Notes under the pieces: model-generated
Seen by the model: only the letters and a program-made list of their open reading frames with translations
The model's database searches: none
What the model was told of the DNA's origin: nothing
Origin: Patescibacteria group bacterium
GTDB lineage: Bacteria > Patescibacteriota > Doudnabacteria > UBA920 > O2-02-FULL-48-8
Assembly (NCBI GenBank): GCA_036394315.1
Contig: DASWFI010000007.1
Span: 3,984-67,983, forward strand
DNA: 64,000 nucleotides
Reading direction: 5' to 3'
Translations under genes and position numbers: made by a program
Shown: piece by piece, positions 49,383 through 59,514 of the stretch
Layout of the letters: each line of letters opens with the position of its first letter
Position numbering within the stretch: position 1 is the stretch's first letter

Positions 49383-51377
49383 TTAATTACCATCAGATAT
49401 ATCCAATAATTCTTTGGGGATTGCTTTTAGAAACCGGGAAGGTATGGAAACGTTTCTGGATCCGAATTGCTTTCGGGTTTGGGCGCATAACATATATAAT
49501 CTTTTTTTTGCGCGCGTCACTCCGACGTAAGCGAGCCGAACTTCTTCCGCGATGTCCTTCGGATCCATCAGGGAACGCGCATGAGGCAAAATCCCCTCTT
49601 CTAATCCTACCAGAAATACCGTATCGAATTCCAGTCCTTTGGCCTGGTGCAAAGTCATAAGCGTCACTTTCGGAGAATTCAGATCCAATTCATCTACTGA
49701 CGTCATGAGTGCCACTTCTTCCAAAAATTTAGTCAAACCTTCTTTCCAATTCATTTTACTGAAACTTGCAGCCACGTTGAAAAGTTCCTGAATGTTTTCC
49801 CATCGCCCTTCCCCTTCAGGTGATCCATCGCGCAAAAAAGCTTCATAACCAGAAAGTTTTAAAACTTGTTTGAGCACATCCAACAAGCCGGCGTTTTCTT
49901 CGATGTTGTTCAGAAGATTCAACATCTCAAAAAAATGTTTGATCGGAGGCTTGGTTTCCAAAACCTTGGCCAGTGCTTGCTCATCTTTTTCTATCAAAGC
50001 TTCTTTAAGAAAATCGAAGGTCTTGGGCCCTATGCCGCGCGGAGGCACGTTGATCACTCTTTTAAGACTGACTAAATCATTCGGATTAACCAGCAATCGG
50101 AGATAACTTAAAATATCCTTAATTTCTTTTCGTTCATAAAACTTCAATCCCCCGATGATCTGATAAGGAATGGAGGATTCTATCATAACCTCTTCCAATA
50201 CGCGGGATTGGGCATGGGTGCGGTAAAGCACGGCGATATTGTTTAAACCATTGCGATTTTTAAGTTTGGACAATATTTTCGAGCGGGCATTGCGCATTAT
50301 CCGGCCCAAGATAGTGTCATCTTCTTCGGATTCGTACGAAAGTTCCTTGGATTTTGTCGAGCCATCTTGAATTTCTAAAATCTTGGAAGCGACGAAGTAG
50401 GCTTCACCAAGCTCATCCTGGGCGGAAAAAAAAACTGGCATCTGACCTATCAAATTTTCTGTCCACAATGTTTTTCGGTGTTGAAGCGGATTTAAATCAA
50501 TGACTTTTTGGGCAATCGAGAGGATCGGTGCGGTGGAACGATAGTTTTGTTCCAGCCGAACAACTTTTGCCTCTGGATAGTCGCTCTCAAAATCCAGAAT
50601 GTTTTGTAGATTCGCGCCTCTAAATCCATAAATAGCCTGGGCGTCGTCGCCGACGACAAAAATATTTTTATGAGCGGCTGCCAAAAGCTTGCTGAATTTA
50701 TACTGAACAGCGTTGGTATCCTGGTATTCATCAACTAAAATATACTGCCAAAGCTTTTGGTATTTTTGCAAAACTTCGGGATGCTCCTCAAATATACGAA
50801 CCGGCAAAACCAATAAGTCGCCGAAGTCCACGGCATTATTTTTTTTCATCTCTTCTTCGTAAGTTTCAAAAACTCTTTTGGCAGTTTTATCGAAGGTATT
50901 TTCCTGGGGCAGATCAGCGGGTCCTTCCATATTATTTTTTGCCCGGTCAATAATATGTGCAAACAACGAAGGTTTGTATTTGGTCGGATCAATTCTCAAT
51001 CGAAGCAAAATATCTTTCAATAGGCTTTCCTGATCGGAATTATCATAAATAACAAAATTTTGATCCAAGCCCGTATACTTATATTCAATCCGCAGCAATC
51101 TTACTCCGATCGAATGGAAAGTGCCCATGGTCGGAAGATGCTCAATATCTTTTCCCAAAAGTTTAGTGATTCTTTCCTTCATCTCCCCTGCTGCCTTGTT
51201 TGTAAAAGTCACAGCGAGTATGTTTCTGGGGTGAATATTCATCTTTTTTATAAGGTAAACAATCCGCATGGTTAAAGCGCGGGTCTTGCCGCTGCCCGCT
51301 CCAGCCAATATTAAAACAGGTCCCAAAGGAGCCTTTACTGCTTCTAATTGTGCTTCATTTAAACCTAGTTCTGCCAT
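49383..51377 (-). CDS. pcrA: UvrD/PcrA DNA helicase
   Basis: LAGAGSGKT, VDEYQDTN, LEQNYRS, TLHQAKGLEF, YVGVTRAK. Confidence 0.93.
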   Translation of the reverse strand: MAELGLNEAQLEAVKAPLGPVLILAGAGSGKTRALTMRIVYLIKKMNIHPRNILAVTFTNKAAGEMKERITKLLGKDIEHLPTMGTFHSIGVRLLRIEYKYTGLDQNFVIYDNSDQESLLKDILLRLRIDPTKYKPSLFAHIIDRAKNNMEGPADLPQENTFDKTAKRVFETYEEEMKKNNAVDFGDLLVLPVRIFEEHPEVLQKYQKLWQYILVDEYQDTNAVQYKFSKLLAAAHKNIFVVGDDAQAIYGFRGANLQNILDFESDYPEAKVVRLEQNYRSTAPILSIAQKVIDLNPLQHRKTLWTENLIGQMPVFFSAQDELGEAYFVASKILEIQDGSTKSKELSYESEEDDTILGRIMRNARSKILSKLKNRNGLNNIAVLYRTHAQSRVLEEVMIESSIPYQIIGGLKFYERKEIKDILSYLRLLVNPNDLVSLKRVINVPPRGIGPKTFDFLKEALIEKDEQALAKVLETKPPIKHFFEMLNLLNNIEENAGLLDVLKQVLKLSGYEAFLRDGSPEGEGRWENIQELFNVAASFSKMNWKEGLTKFLEEVALMTSVDELDLNSPKVTLMTLHQAKGLEFDTVFLVGLEEGILPHARSLMDPKDIAEEVRLAYVGVTRAKKRLYMLCAQTRKQFGSRNVSIPSRFLKAIPKELLDISDGN

Positions 51378-51836
51378 AACCTATGCATTATAGAGAATAA
51401 TGAATAACGAATAAAGAATTAGGATAAAACTGCCCATAATTCATGATTCTTAATTCTTTTTTTCTTTGTGGTTCCTTCCTGTGGATATTAACACAATAAA
51501 ACCCCTTTAAATTGTCTAGTTTTTTGAACTTATATACAAAACACCCCCTCTAGAGTGTTGACTCTTAATAGCTATTTTGGTAATATTTGGTCTGTGGTTA
51601 TTGTATTTTGTAAGAACAGTTAGTCCACAAGATCGCTTGCTTTGCTGTTGAAATAGACCCATTATTGCGGTTGCATAAAGTAAGCTTTCTACTGGAATTT
51701 ATAAGGAGTTCTTATTTTCCCCCTCACTCGAAAGGTTGCTCCCCAACCTCTTAAACAAAAGATTATTTCCCGGGTACTCCGAATTTCCCAAACTTGGAAA
51801 TCAAACAGTAAATTCACAATCCATCCGTTTAAGTCT

Positions 51837-53012
51837 TTGCACTCAAAGCATCTCCTTCCCCTTTCCCTGTCGGACTATGTGGCGCGTTTTAGTTTGGAGT
51901 TTGTTGTTTTAGGTATTGCTGTCCTGGCGGTGTATACTAATCTTTCCCTCATCCGTCACGCTAACGTCGTTTCAGCAAATGACCAAAGCGTGATTTTTTC
52001 ATTTCTGAAAAATAATCCAAAACTTAACGACGCACTCTTGACGCAGACGGAGACCACCACGATTTTGGCCAAATCTGATCAGTTGATTTCTAAAGCCCTG
52101 GCTCAATCGACATCGGGTATCCTTTTAACTTCTTCCCAATCTGCCCCCTCTGCAATTAATCACACGACTATCCAAAATGATGTGATTGTGAAAACCAATC
52201 CTGCAGACACTCAAAGCTTTTACCGCCATGGGTTGACCCAATACAAAGTTCAGACAGGAGATACTGTCATCGGCATCGCATCCAGCTTCGGTATTTCTCC
52301 CGCCACCATCATGAAGGAAAACAAGATGGATGAAACTACAACTTTAAAGCCAGGACAAGAATTAACGATTCTGCCCACCACTGGGATTACGTATACTCTC
52401 AAAGAAGGTGATGCGCAAGAATCGCTTTTAAATAAATACAAGATTACAGAAGAGGCCTTCCTGGATGCAAATAATATCGAATCATTCGATGACTTGGCCG
52501 TAGGTGCAGTGGTTGTAATTCCTATGGATAGTGTGAACGTTCCTGCTGTATCCAAACCGGCTTCTAAATTCGTCCGAAGTGACGCAGGCAAGGTTTCTCT
52601 AAAAACAGCCGATTCTCCAGTGGACTTTGTCGGTGGCGCTCTAAGCTTCATTTGGCCCACAGCCGTAAGATCTATCACCCAAGGATTTTCTTCCCGTCAT
52701 ACGGGACTTGATATTTCTGACAGTAAGAAAGAGCCAATCTTTGCCGCTGCCGATGGATTCGTGGAAATCTCCGGTTATCAAGCCAATGGTTATGGTAATA
52801 CAATCGTTATCAACCATGGTAATGGTTTAAAAACCCGCTATGGCCATGCTTCGGAGTTGTATGTTTCAGCTGGCGAGTATGTGAAACAAGGACAAACAAT
52901 TGCCAAACAAGGCAATACGGGACGTGTCAGAGGCACTACTGGCATTCACTTACACTTCGAAGTTATGAAGAACGGTACACGAGTAAATCCCCTAAGCTAC
53001 GTCAGACCATAA
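51837..53012 (+). CDS. LysM + M23 peptidase
   Basis: TM; LysM (YKVQTGDT); HTGLD; YGH; HLHFEV; TTG start uncertain. Confidence 0.9.
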   Translation: MHSKHLLPLSLSDYVARFSLEFVVLGIAVLAVYTNLSLIRHANVVSANDQSVIFSFLKNNPKLNDALLTQTETTTILAKSDQLISKALAQSTSGILLTSSQSAPSAINHTTIQNDVIVKTNPADTQSFYRHGLTQYKVQTGDTVIGIASSFGISPATIMKENKMDETTTLKPGQELTILPTTGITYTLKEGDAQESLLNKYKITEEAFLDANNIESFDDLAVGAVVVIPMDSVNVPAVSKPASKFVRSDAGKVSLKTADSPVDFVGGALSFIWPTAVRSITQGFSSRHTGLDISDSKKEPIFAAADGFVEISGYQANGYGNTIVINHGNGLKTRYGHASELYVSAGEYVKQGQTIAKQGNTGRVRGTTGIHLHFEVMKNGTRVNPLSYVRP

Positions 53013-53044
53013 AAGAGGTTATAGTAAGTAGACTATAGAAATTT

Positions 53045-53071
53045 AAAACCCAGGAATGTCCTGGGTTTTTT
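53045..53071. terminator. Bidirectional terminator
   Basis: aaaacccagga-atg-tcctgggtttt. Confidence 0.85.
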
Positions 53072-53090
53072 CTACAACCTATAACCTGCT

Positions 53091-54860
53091 TTACTGCACT
53101 GTTGTTCCTTTACTATTCATAACGTCATCCTGGAGATCGGCTACGGTGATGCTCTGAATGTTATCGCTTTTTACTTCCAGATTTGTAAACGCATCGGTTC
53201 CGATTGCTTGGACTTGGGTCAGCAACCCCATGACTTTATTTCTATCTGCTTCCGTGGGAGTAACTTCCAACTGAAAAGTTACTTTTAACGCTGGAGTATA
53301 CCTGCCTACAAACGCAGCGAGGTCGCCGATATTCCAGGTAATCTTTCCCGAATTCGGATCATAGCTCAAACGATTTTTTTCTGTATCAGGAATGATCACG
53401 TTTTTCCAAGCCGAGACGGGCAGAGGCAGAGATGCCACAACTTTTGTATTGGATAAATCATTGCTCAAATTAGACAGAAGAAAAGTGATTGCAAACAGAG
53501 TCGGCTGATTCACCTGCATGGGAGCAGCTCCGGAAACATAATTACCTGTCACACTTAAGTCCACCACTGTTCCCAGCTTCAAACTTACCTCTGGGGTCTT
53601 GGTCGGCTTGGAAATTTCCTGCGAAGAAATCATGGCCGAAGCTTTGATGGTTTGATTTTTAAGATTAGTATTCAGGTTTTGTACCAAGGGAACACTGAAG
53701 CGGATTTCTCCTTTCTGGCTTGGCGAAAGTACGCTTAAACCGGGCGAAGTTGCGGCCTTCCAGGTCAGCGTTCGCCCTTTGATAATGGCATCTGGAGCCG
53801 AGAGCCTGGCAAAATCCAAAGCCGTACCTTCCAGATTTACGACTATAGTCAGATTGTTTAAGCCGATGCGGCCCTGGTTTGAATAATTTATTTTATAATT
53901 AATCGAATTGCCTAATTTAACAACATTATTCTTTACATCGGAAGCAAGCAGGATGGCCAGCGCTGACGGGATCAGCTTGAACGTTGCCGTGGAAGTCAAC
54001 TGCGGGGCAAATATATCATTGATTATTTGACCCAAATCCGCCTTCACTAATTTAGTTTCAGTGTCATTGCCTACAAAGCTACCGGTGATCTCAATACTGG
54101 CCGAGCTATTGCTTCGCAGTTTGGGAAGCAACCAGTAATTATTGTTTTTCGAAACCGCAGGATTGCTGGAAGTAAAGCTAAATCCCTCGGGATAAGCCAC
54201 CTGCAATGCCAAATTGTCGAAATCTTGATTCGTCACATTGGTAAATGTCACGGTATATGTCGTGTCCTGACCATTGACCACATCCACAGGACCATTTACA
54301 TCCATAGTTAGATTCGGCGGCAATATACTAGTCTTGATAGTTTGTTCTACGGCGAATTCAGAATTAAAATTGGACAACCGATAATGAAGCATGGCCTTGA
54401 TTTGTTTATCCTCACCCGTAGAGCCGGCGAGTTTGCCGCGAATCACTACTTCCCCATCTTTTCCTTGCTTCACCACAGGCAAGTTAAAGATATTGCCACC
54501 CGAAGAAATAGATGCGAGAGTTGCGGACTTAAATTTAAAACCAGCCGGATAAAACATTTCTAAAGAAATATTTACCAGGTCAGCATTCTCGCCATTGCGG
54601 TAAACCACGCGGTATTCCGCTTCATTGCCGGACATCAGCTGGTCCGGTCCTTTGATTAGAAGCACGACATTGTTGGAAGTGGGAGCCACCGGCTTTTGAT
54701 TCCCGAAGAAATACCAACCGATGAATACGATTACCACAAAGGCCAGGCTTGAAAAAACTATCGTCTTGTTTTTCAAAACCTGCTTCCATTTTGGTTCCTG
54801 CGGATTGTAGTTCACAGGGATTTCCAATCTTGATTTGTCGTCTAAAATTTGATCATCCAT
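53091..54860 (-). CDS. Membrane-anchored surface protein with DUF11/Ig-like repeats
   Basis: TM; repeated GxxxxYxVxYxN...YPxGFxF units. Confidence 0.8.
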   Translation of the reverse strand: MDDQILDDKSRLEIPVNYNPQEPKWKQVLKNKTIVFSSLAFVVIVFIGWYFFGNQKPVAPTSNNVVLLIKGPDQLMSGNEAEYRVVYRNGENADLVNISLEMFYPAGFKFKSATLASISSGGNIFNLPVVKQGKDGEVVIRGKLAGSTGEDKQIKAMLHYRLSNFNSEFAVEQTIKTSILPPNLTMDVNGPVDVVNGQDTTYTVTFTNVTNQDFDNLALQVAYPEGFSFTSSNPAVSKNNNYWLLPKLRSNSSASIEITGSFVGNDTETKLVKADLGQIINDIFAPQLTSTATFKLIPSALAILLASDVKNNVVKLGNSINYKINYSNQGRIGLNNLTIVVNLEGTALDFARLSAPDAIIKGRTLTWKAATSPGLSVLSPSQKGEIRFSVPLVQNLNTNLKNQTIKASAMISSQEISKPTKTPEVSLKLGTVVDLSVTGNYVSGAAPMQVNQPTLFAITFLLSNLSNDLSNTKVVASLPLPVSAWKNVIIPDTEKNRLSYDPNSGKITWNIGDLAAFVGRYTPALKVTFQLEVTPTEADRNKVMGLLTQVQAIGTDAFTNLEVKSDNIQSITVADLQDDVMNSKGTTVQ

Positions 54861-55378
54861 ACTGGCCTTTCTAAAACATATTCGATAAATTTATTAATAT
54901 CAGTATGATTGGGATTTGGGTTGTGAGGAAATTTGAATCCCAAAGCGTCCAAAAGATCCAGAGAAAAACTATCCAGCAATCCGTAATCTACGGCAAAGTA
55001 ACTTGGTTTGTCTAAATTGATCAGAAATTCCTTCAGTAATAGAAATACTGTTTCATTTGGATGCTCATCCGCCGTCAATTTCAACATCAGCTCGGCAGCA
55101 TAGAATCCAATTGCGGTTTTCTGCAAATCTTCCCGCAAGCTTCCAAATTGCCGGATGCACTTGGCTCCAATCAAAACCGGCAATTGAGAACCAACAATAT
55201 CTATCTCTGACAACCCCAGATCCTGTACGGCGTAATTCAGCTTGCTTTTGGGCAGCCGGAGAGATTTTGCCAATACTCGCACCTTGCCTGCTTCTTGCGT
55301 CCATACAGTCAATATTTGATCGGCTTCCTTATAATTTTGTTTCTTTAGGATAACTCCGGTGAGTTTCTTATATTTCAT
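54842..55378 (-). CDS. recO: DNA repair protein RecO (short)
   Basis: GVILKKQNYKEADQILTVWTQEAGKV...AKS..KSKL. Confidence 0.88.
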   Translation of the reverse strand: MKYKKLTGVILKKQNYKEADQILTVWTQEAGKVRVLAKSLRLPKSKLNYAVQDLGLSEIDIVGSQLPVLIGAKCIRQFGSLREDLQKTAIGFYAAELMLKLTADEHPNETVFLLLKEFLINLDKPSYFAVDYGLLDSFSLDLLDALGFKFPHNPNPNHTDINKFIEYVLERPVWMIKF

Positions 55379-58300
55379 TTAGTCAACGCGATGTCCACAC
55401 TTTTGCCTTCAACTTCAAACTTTTCTCCCCCCGCTTCCTTAGAAATCTTATTGATATAGGTCTTTTTTGTGTCGAAAAGGTCAAAAGCGGCGATTAATTC
55501 GTCATCATCAGTATTATAAGATAAATTGACGATTTCCCCAACTTTTAAGCCGGATTTTTTCCGCAAATCCTGCACAGCGCGTTCCAGCTCCCGAGCCAAG
55601 CCTTCTTTTTTAAGCTCAGATGTTAGATTTAGATCAAATTCCAATTTATCGCCGAATTTCACCGTCTTTACATTCAATTCCTCAGCCAGAATATCAGTAT
55701 AATCTTTGCGAAGTTCGTTCTTGTCATTATATGTTACCGAGGCCAATGGTTGACGTAATTTTATATTCGCGGCTTTTCTAAGCCCATGACCCTGCTCAAC
55801 TAAGTTGCGCACCAATTCCATTTGCTCCAAAACTTCCTTTTGATCTTTGCTCAATTCTTTCTTTTCCGGCCACTTGGCTAAATGAACTGAAAGCACGGCC
55901 GGATTTTTATTCAGATTACTGTAAATTAATTCCGACATATAAGGTATTACCGGAGCTGAAACTTTAGCCATTACCAGAAGTGCATGACGCAAGCTGCCGA
56001 AGAAATGACTGTCCTTTCGTCCGCGACTTCTTCGCAAGTACCAAGTCGATAATTCATTTATATATTCCTCGATCGCTCTGGTGGCACGCACAGTATTGTA
56101 TCCATCCAATTCATCTGTAACGGTATTTACCAACTCCTGCGTCTTAGCAACAATCCAAAGATCCAGGACATTCGTCAAATCCGGTTTGTATCCTGCTGGC
56201 TTGGGTTCCCACCCTGCTTCATTGGCGTACGTGACGAAATAATTATATACGTTCCATAAAATCAAAATATTTTTTCTGTAAATCACACTTAATTCTCTTT
56301 CACTAAAATTCAGATTATCGGCATTCATCACTGGCGAGTTCATTAGATAAAATCTCATAGCATCTACGCCATACTTCCCCATGACTTCCCATGGATCGGG
56401 ATAATTATTTTTTGACTTACTCATCTTAGAACCATCTTCAGCCAAAATTGTTCCGGTGGTCACCACGCTTTGGAATGGTGCTTTGCCGAACAAATTATAT
56501 GATATGACATGCATGACATAAAACCACGCACGCGTTTGAGCGATGTATTCGGCTACGAATTGTGCTGGGAACCGGCTTTCGAAAACCTCTTTCTGGTCAA
56601 ACGGATAATGATATTCGGCAAACGGCATAGAGCCTGCTTCCACCCAAGAATCGAATATTTCTGGGGTTCTATGGGCATCCTTGCCACACTCTTTGCATTT
56701 CAAAACCACATCGTCAATATACGGTCGATGCAAATCTACAATCGAAACATTTATCTCGAAAACTTCCACATATTTCGGGTACGGTCTTTCAGACCCAAAG
56801 TGTCTCATTAAAACCAAAAGCGGATCTCCATGACCCACTACTAAAATCTTCTTACCTTCATATTTCTGATTAACTTCATTCACAAAATCAACCATTCGTT
56901 TTTGAACTTCTGCCCAGGTTTCTCCGCCCTTGGGTGCTTCTGTCCATAGATCGTGCTTATTTGCGAATTCATTCTGCCATTCTTTTTCCGATTTGCCCTC
57001 AAATTCACCGACGTTATATTCCCGCAGTCTCTCATCAGTCTTTATTTCCAACCCTATTTTTTTCGCCAATATTTCTGCCGTATGCCTTGTCCGTAAAAAA
57101 TCAGACGTGAAAATCAAATCTATGCCGAGCTCTTTAATCTGCCTGGCTAAATTTTCCGCTTGTGATAATCCTTCCTTTGACAAACCAAACCGATCTTTCT
57201 CAATGGAATTAGAAATAACATTCAAAACATTTTTTTCTGACTCCGCGTGCCGGACAAAATAAAAAGTATTTTTTTCCAAACCTAAATCTTTAATACTGCC
57301 GGCCACCGTGTTGTGTCCGTCTTCGCACTTCCAAACCGGGATCGGATTGCCCCAGTATCTATTTCGAGAAATATTCCAATCAGGAGCCGCTTCTACACTC
57401 TTTTGATACCGACCGTGCTTCAGATGTTCCGGATACCAGTTGATTTCTTTTTCGTTAGTTTCCAGGAGTCCTGATTTGATCTTTTGAATATTCATAAACC
57501 ATGCAGGAATGGCATTGTAGAAAAGCGTCGTGCCACAACGCCAGCAGTGCGGATACGAATGCTGGTGTTGTTGTTTGGCAAACATCAATCCCCTACTCTC
57601 CAAATCTTTCTTGATCAATTTTTCTGAATCTTTAAAATACATTCCTCGAATCAGCTCCGGAGCTAAGGTATTAAACTTTCCCTTTTCATCCAGCAGCGGA
57701 ACGACAGGCAAACCCACTTTCATTCCCAAATTATAGTCATCTTCTCCGTAGACAACAGCTGTGTGCACAATTCCAGTACCCTCTTCTGTATTTACAAAAT
57801 CTGCAGCGTAAACTTTAAAGGCCTTGTCAGATTGAACAGCTGGCACATCAAATAAAGGTTCATATTCAAGGCCAACCAAGTCGGAACCCTTATACTGCTC
57901 TTTTGTGCGATCGTCAATTTTAGTAGTATCCCCAAAGACAGAATTTACTCTATCTATTGCAATAATATAAAATTCATCGCCGACTTTTATTTTGAGATAG
58001 TGAATATCTTCTCCGACTGCCAAAGCCACGTTGCCTGGCAAAGTCCAGGGAGTGGTGGTCCAAGCTAATAAATAAGTATTTTCTTGGCCTTTGACTTTAA
58101 ACTTAACTGTCACTGCTTCTTCCGTCACTTCCTTATAACTATTATCCATGGCGACTTCAAAGTTGGAAATCGGTGTCTCACAACGCGGACAATACAATAA
58201 TACGCGACGGCCTTCGTAAACAAGTCCCTTGTCGTAAATTTGCTTGAACGCCCACCATACGGATTCCATGTAATCACGATCCATAGTTTTGTAAGAATCG

Positions 58301-58746
58301 TCAAACTCCACCCAGCGCGCAATCCGGCGGATGGTTTTTTTCCACTCATCAGCGAATTGCAAAACCATACTGCGACAAGTTTCATTGAACTTTTTAATTC
58401 CCAATTTTTCAATATCTTTTTTTCCGGAAATTCCAAGCTTGCGCTCGACTAACTCTTCTATCGGCAAGCCGTGGCAATCCCACCCCCAGCGCCGACGCAC
58501 ATAGCGCCCGTGCATAGTTTGATAACGGGGAAATAAATCTTTGACAGTGGAAGCTAAAATATGTCCGTAATGAGGCAAACCTGTGGCAAAGGGCGGGCCA
58601 TCGTAAAAAGTATACGGTTGGCCGTTTTTGGTTTGTTCTAGAGATTTCTCGAAAATCTGATTCTCTTCCCAAAACTTCAAAACCTCTTCCTCAAGTTTCG
58701 GAAAGTCTGGTTTTGGATCAATTGGTTTGAAAGGTTGTTTACTCAT
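55375..58746 (-). CDS. ileS: Isoleucine--tRNA ligase (type 2-like) with an inserted histidine-phosphatase domain
   Basis: DGPPFATGLPHYGH, GWDCHGLP, WTTTPWTLPGN, WNISRNRYWG, KMSKS; insert FVRHAES..SDFLRT..LRE..VGHGD. Confidence 0.95.
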   Translation of the reverse strand: MSKQPFKPIDPKPDFPKLEEEVLKFWEENQIFEKSLEQTKNGQPYTFYDGPPFATGLPHYGHILASTVKDLFPRYQTMHGRYVRRRWGWDCHGLPIEELVERKLGISGKKDIEKLGIKKFNETCRSMVLQFADEWKKTIRRIARWVEFDDSYKTMDRDYMESVWWAFKQIYDKGLVYEGRRVLLYCPRCETPISNFEVAMDNSYKEVTEEAVTVKFKVKGQENTYLLAWTTTPWTLPGNVALAVGEDIHYLKIKVGDEFYIIAIDRVNSVFGDTTKIDDRTKEQYKGSDLVGLEYEPLFDVPAVQSDKAFKVYAADFVNTEEGTGIVHTAVVYGEDDYNLGMKVGLPVVPLLDEKGKFNTLAPELIRGMYFKDSEKLIKKDLESRGLMFAKQQHQHSYPHCWRCGTTLFYNAIPAWFMNIQKIKSGLLETNEKEINWYPEHLKHGRYQKSVEAAPDWNISRNRYWGNPIPVWKCEDGHNTVAGSIKDLGLEKNTFYFVRHAESEKNVLNVISNSIEKDRFGLSKEGLSQAENLARQIKELGIDLIFTSDFLRTRHTAEILAKKIGLEIKTDERLREYNVGEFEGKSEKEWQNEFANKHDLWTEAPKGGETWAEVQKRMVDFVNEVNQKYEGKKILVVGHGDPLLVLMRHFGSERPYPKYVEVFEINVSIVDLHRPYIDDVVLKCKECGKDAHRTPEIFDSWVEAGSMPFAEYHYPFDQKEVFESRFPAQFVAEYIAQTRAWFYVMHVISYNLFGKAPFQSVVTTGTILAEDGSKMSKSKNNYPDPWEVMGKYGVDAMRFYLMNSPVMNADNLNFSERELSVIYRKNILILWNVYNYFVTYANEAGWEPKPAGYKPDLTNVLDLWIVAKTQELVNTVTDELDGYNTVRATRAIEEYINELSTWYLRRSRGRKDSHFFGSLRHALLVMAKVSAPVIPYMSELIYSNLNKNPAVLSVHLAKWPEKKELSKDQKEVLEQMELVRNLVEQGHGLRKAANIKLRQPLASVTYNDKNELRKDYTDILAEELNVKTVKFGDKLEFDLNLTSELKKEGLARELERAVQDLRKKSGLKVGEIVNLSYNTDDDELIAAFDLFDTKKTYINKISKEAGGEKFEVEGKSVDIALTK

Positions 58747-59333
58747 ATTTTTTTAAATTCCCAAAAACCTGCATGCTTTTTTTCTCCGTGTACCTCCAGG
58801 GCTTTTTTTAATTTAGAAAGTTTAAATATTCGCCATTTTGGAAATCGAGGAGATGGATCAATTAATCGAACTGAATCTTTCCCGACCAACCTATCAATCA
58901 CCGAAACATGCCCATCTCTTTCCGGCAGATCGTTGAGTGTACCAAAATCAAAGCATACAATAACATCTTTATCTTTCTTCACCGCATCAGAAATGTAGTT
59001 CTTAAAACTTGCCACGTTTGGGAACTGATTAATCGGCCTATAAGTCATGCGCAATGGAATTTTTAAACTGGAAAATACTTTGTTCGGGTCCACTTCGCGT
59101 CCACTTAACCTGGTCCCATAACCGGCTCTTGGTTTTTTACCTTTTCTGGCATTCCAAAATAAATACCTAAACTCGGGTGCCACTGTTAAACCCAAATGGT
59201 ATCCTAATAATTCCTGCGCGATTAATGGAATTTTTTGCTTATACATTATCATCCAAATACAAGTCGGGACACAGCTCGATCTTTGCTGCGTAAATGGAAT
59301 ATATCGGCTATCTTTAGGAACGATCTCTTTCAT
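58743..59333 (-). CDS. Putative C39-like cysteine peptidase
   Basis: QQRSSCVPTC, GHVSVID, LIDP; start MKEIV at 59333; ATGA overlap with ileS. Confidence 0.6.
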   Translation of the reverse strand: MKEIVPKDSRYIPFTQQRSSCVPTCIWMIMYKQKIPLIAQELLGYHLGLTVAPEFRYLFWNARKGKKPRAGYGTRLSGREVDPNKVFSSLKIPLRMTYRPINQFPNVASFKNYISDAVKKDKDVIVCFDFGTLNDLPERDGHVSVIDRLVGKDSVRLIDPSPRFPKWRIFKLSKLKKALEVHGEKKHAGFWEFKKI

Positions 59334-59334
59334 A

Positions 59335-59492
59335 AAAATAAAAAAGCCGCTGATTTTGCGATCCCTTTCGGGAGGTACCATCGCAATTCCTTTTGGCTCT
59401 TAATTATGCTTTTTACGCTAAGCTTACGTGCAGTTCTAGGCTTTAAAAGCTTTTTCTGCAAAAACTCCCCGCTGATAACGGATCCACGCTTT
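59335..59492 (-). promoter_or_regulatory. Ile T-box riboswitch (ultrashort stem I)
   Basis: GATCCGTT-ATC-AGCGGGGAG; stem II GCAGAA..AGCTTTTAAAGC..TAGAACTGC; IIA/B; GCGATGGTACC-TCCCGAAAGGGA-TCGC. Confidence 0.85.
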
Positions 59493-59514
59493 TATACTTT
59501 GATTATAGCACATT

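Noticed and set aside
51478-51630. Replication origin (DnaA-box-like tgtggatat, tagtccaca)
   Set aside because: Only a few mismatched boxes, no perfect TTATCCACA, and no dnaA/dnaN nearby
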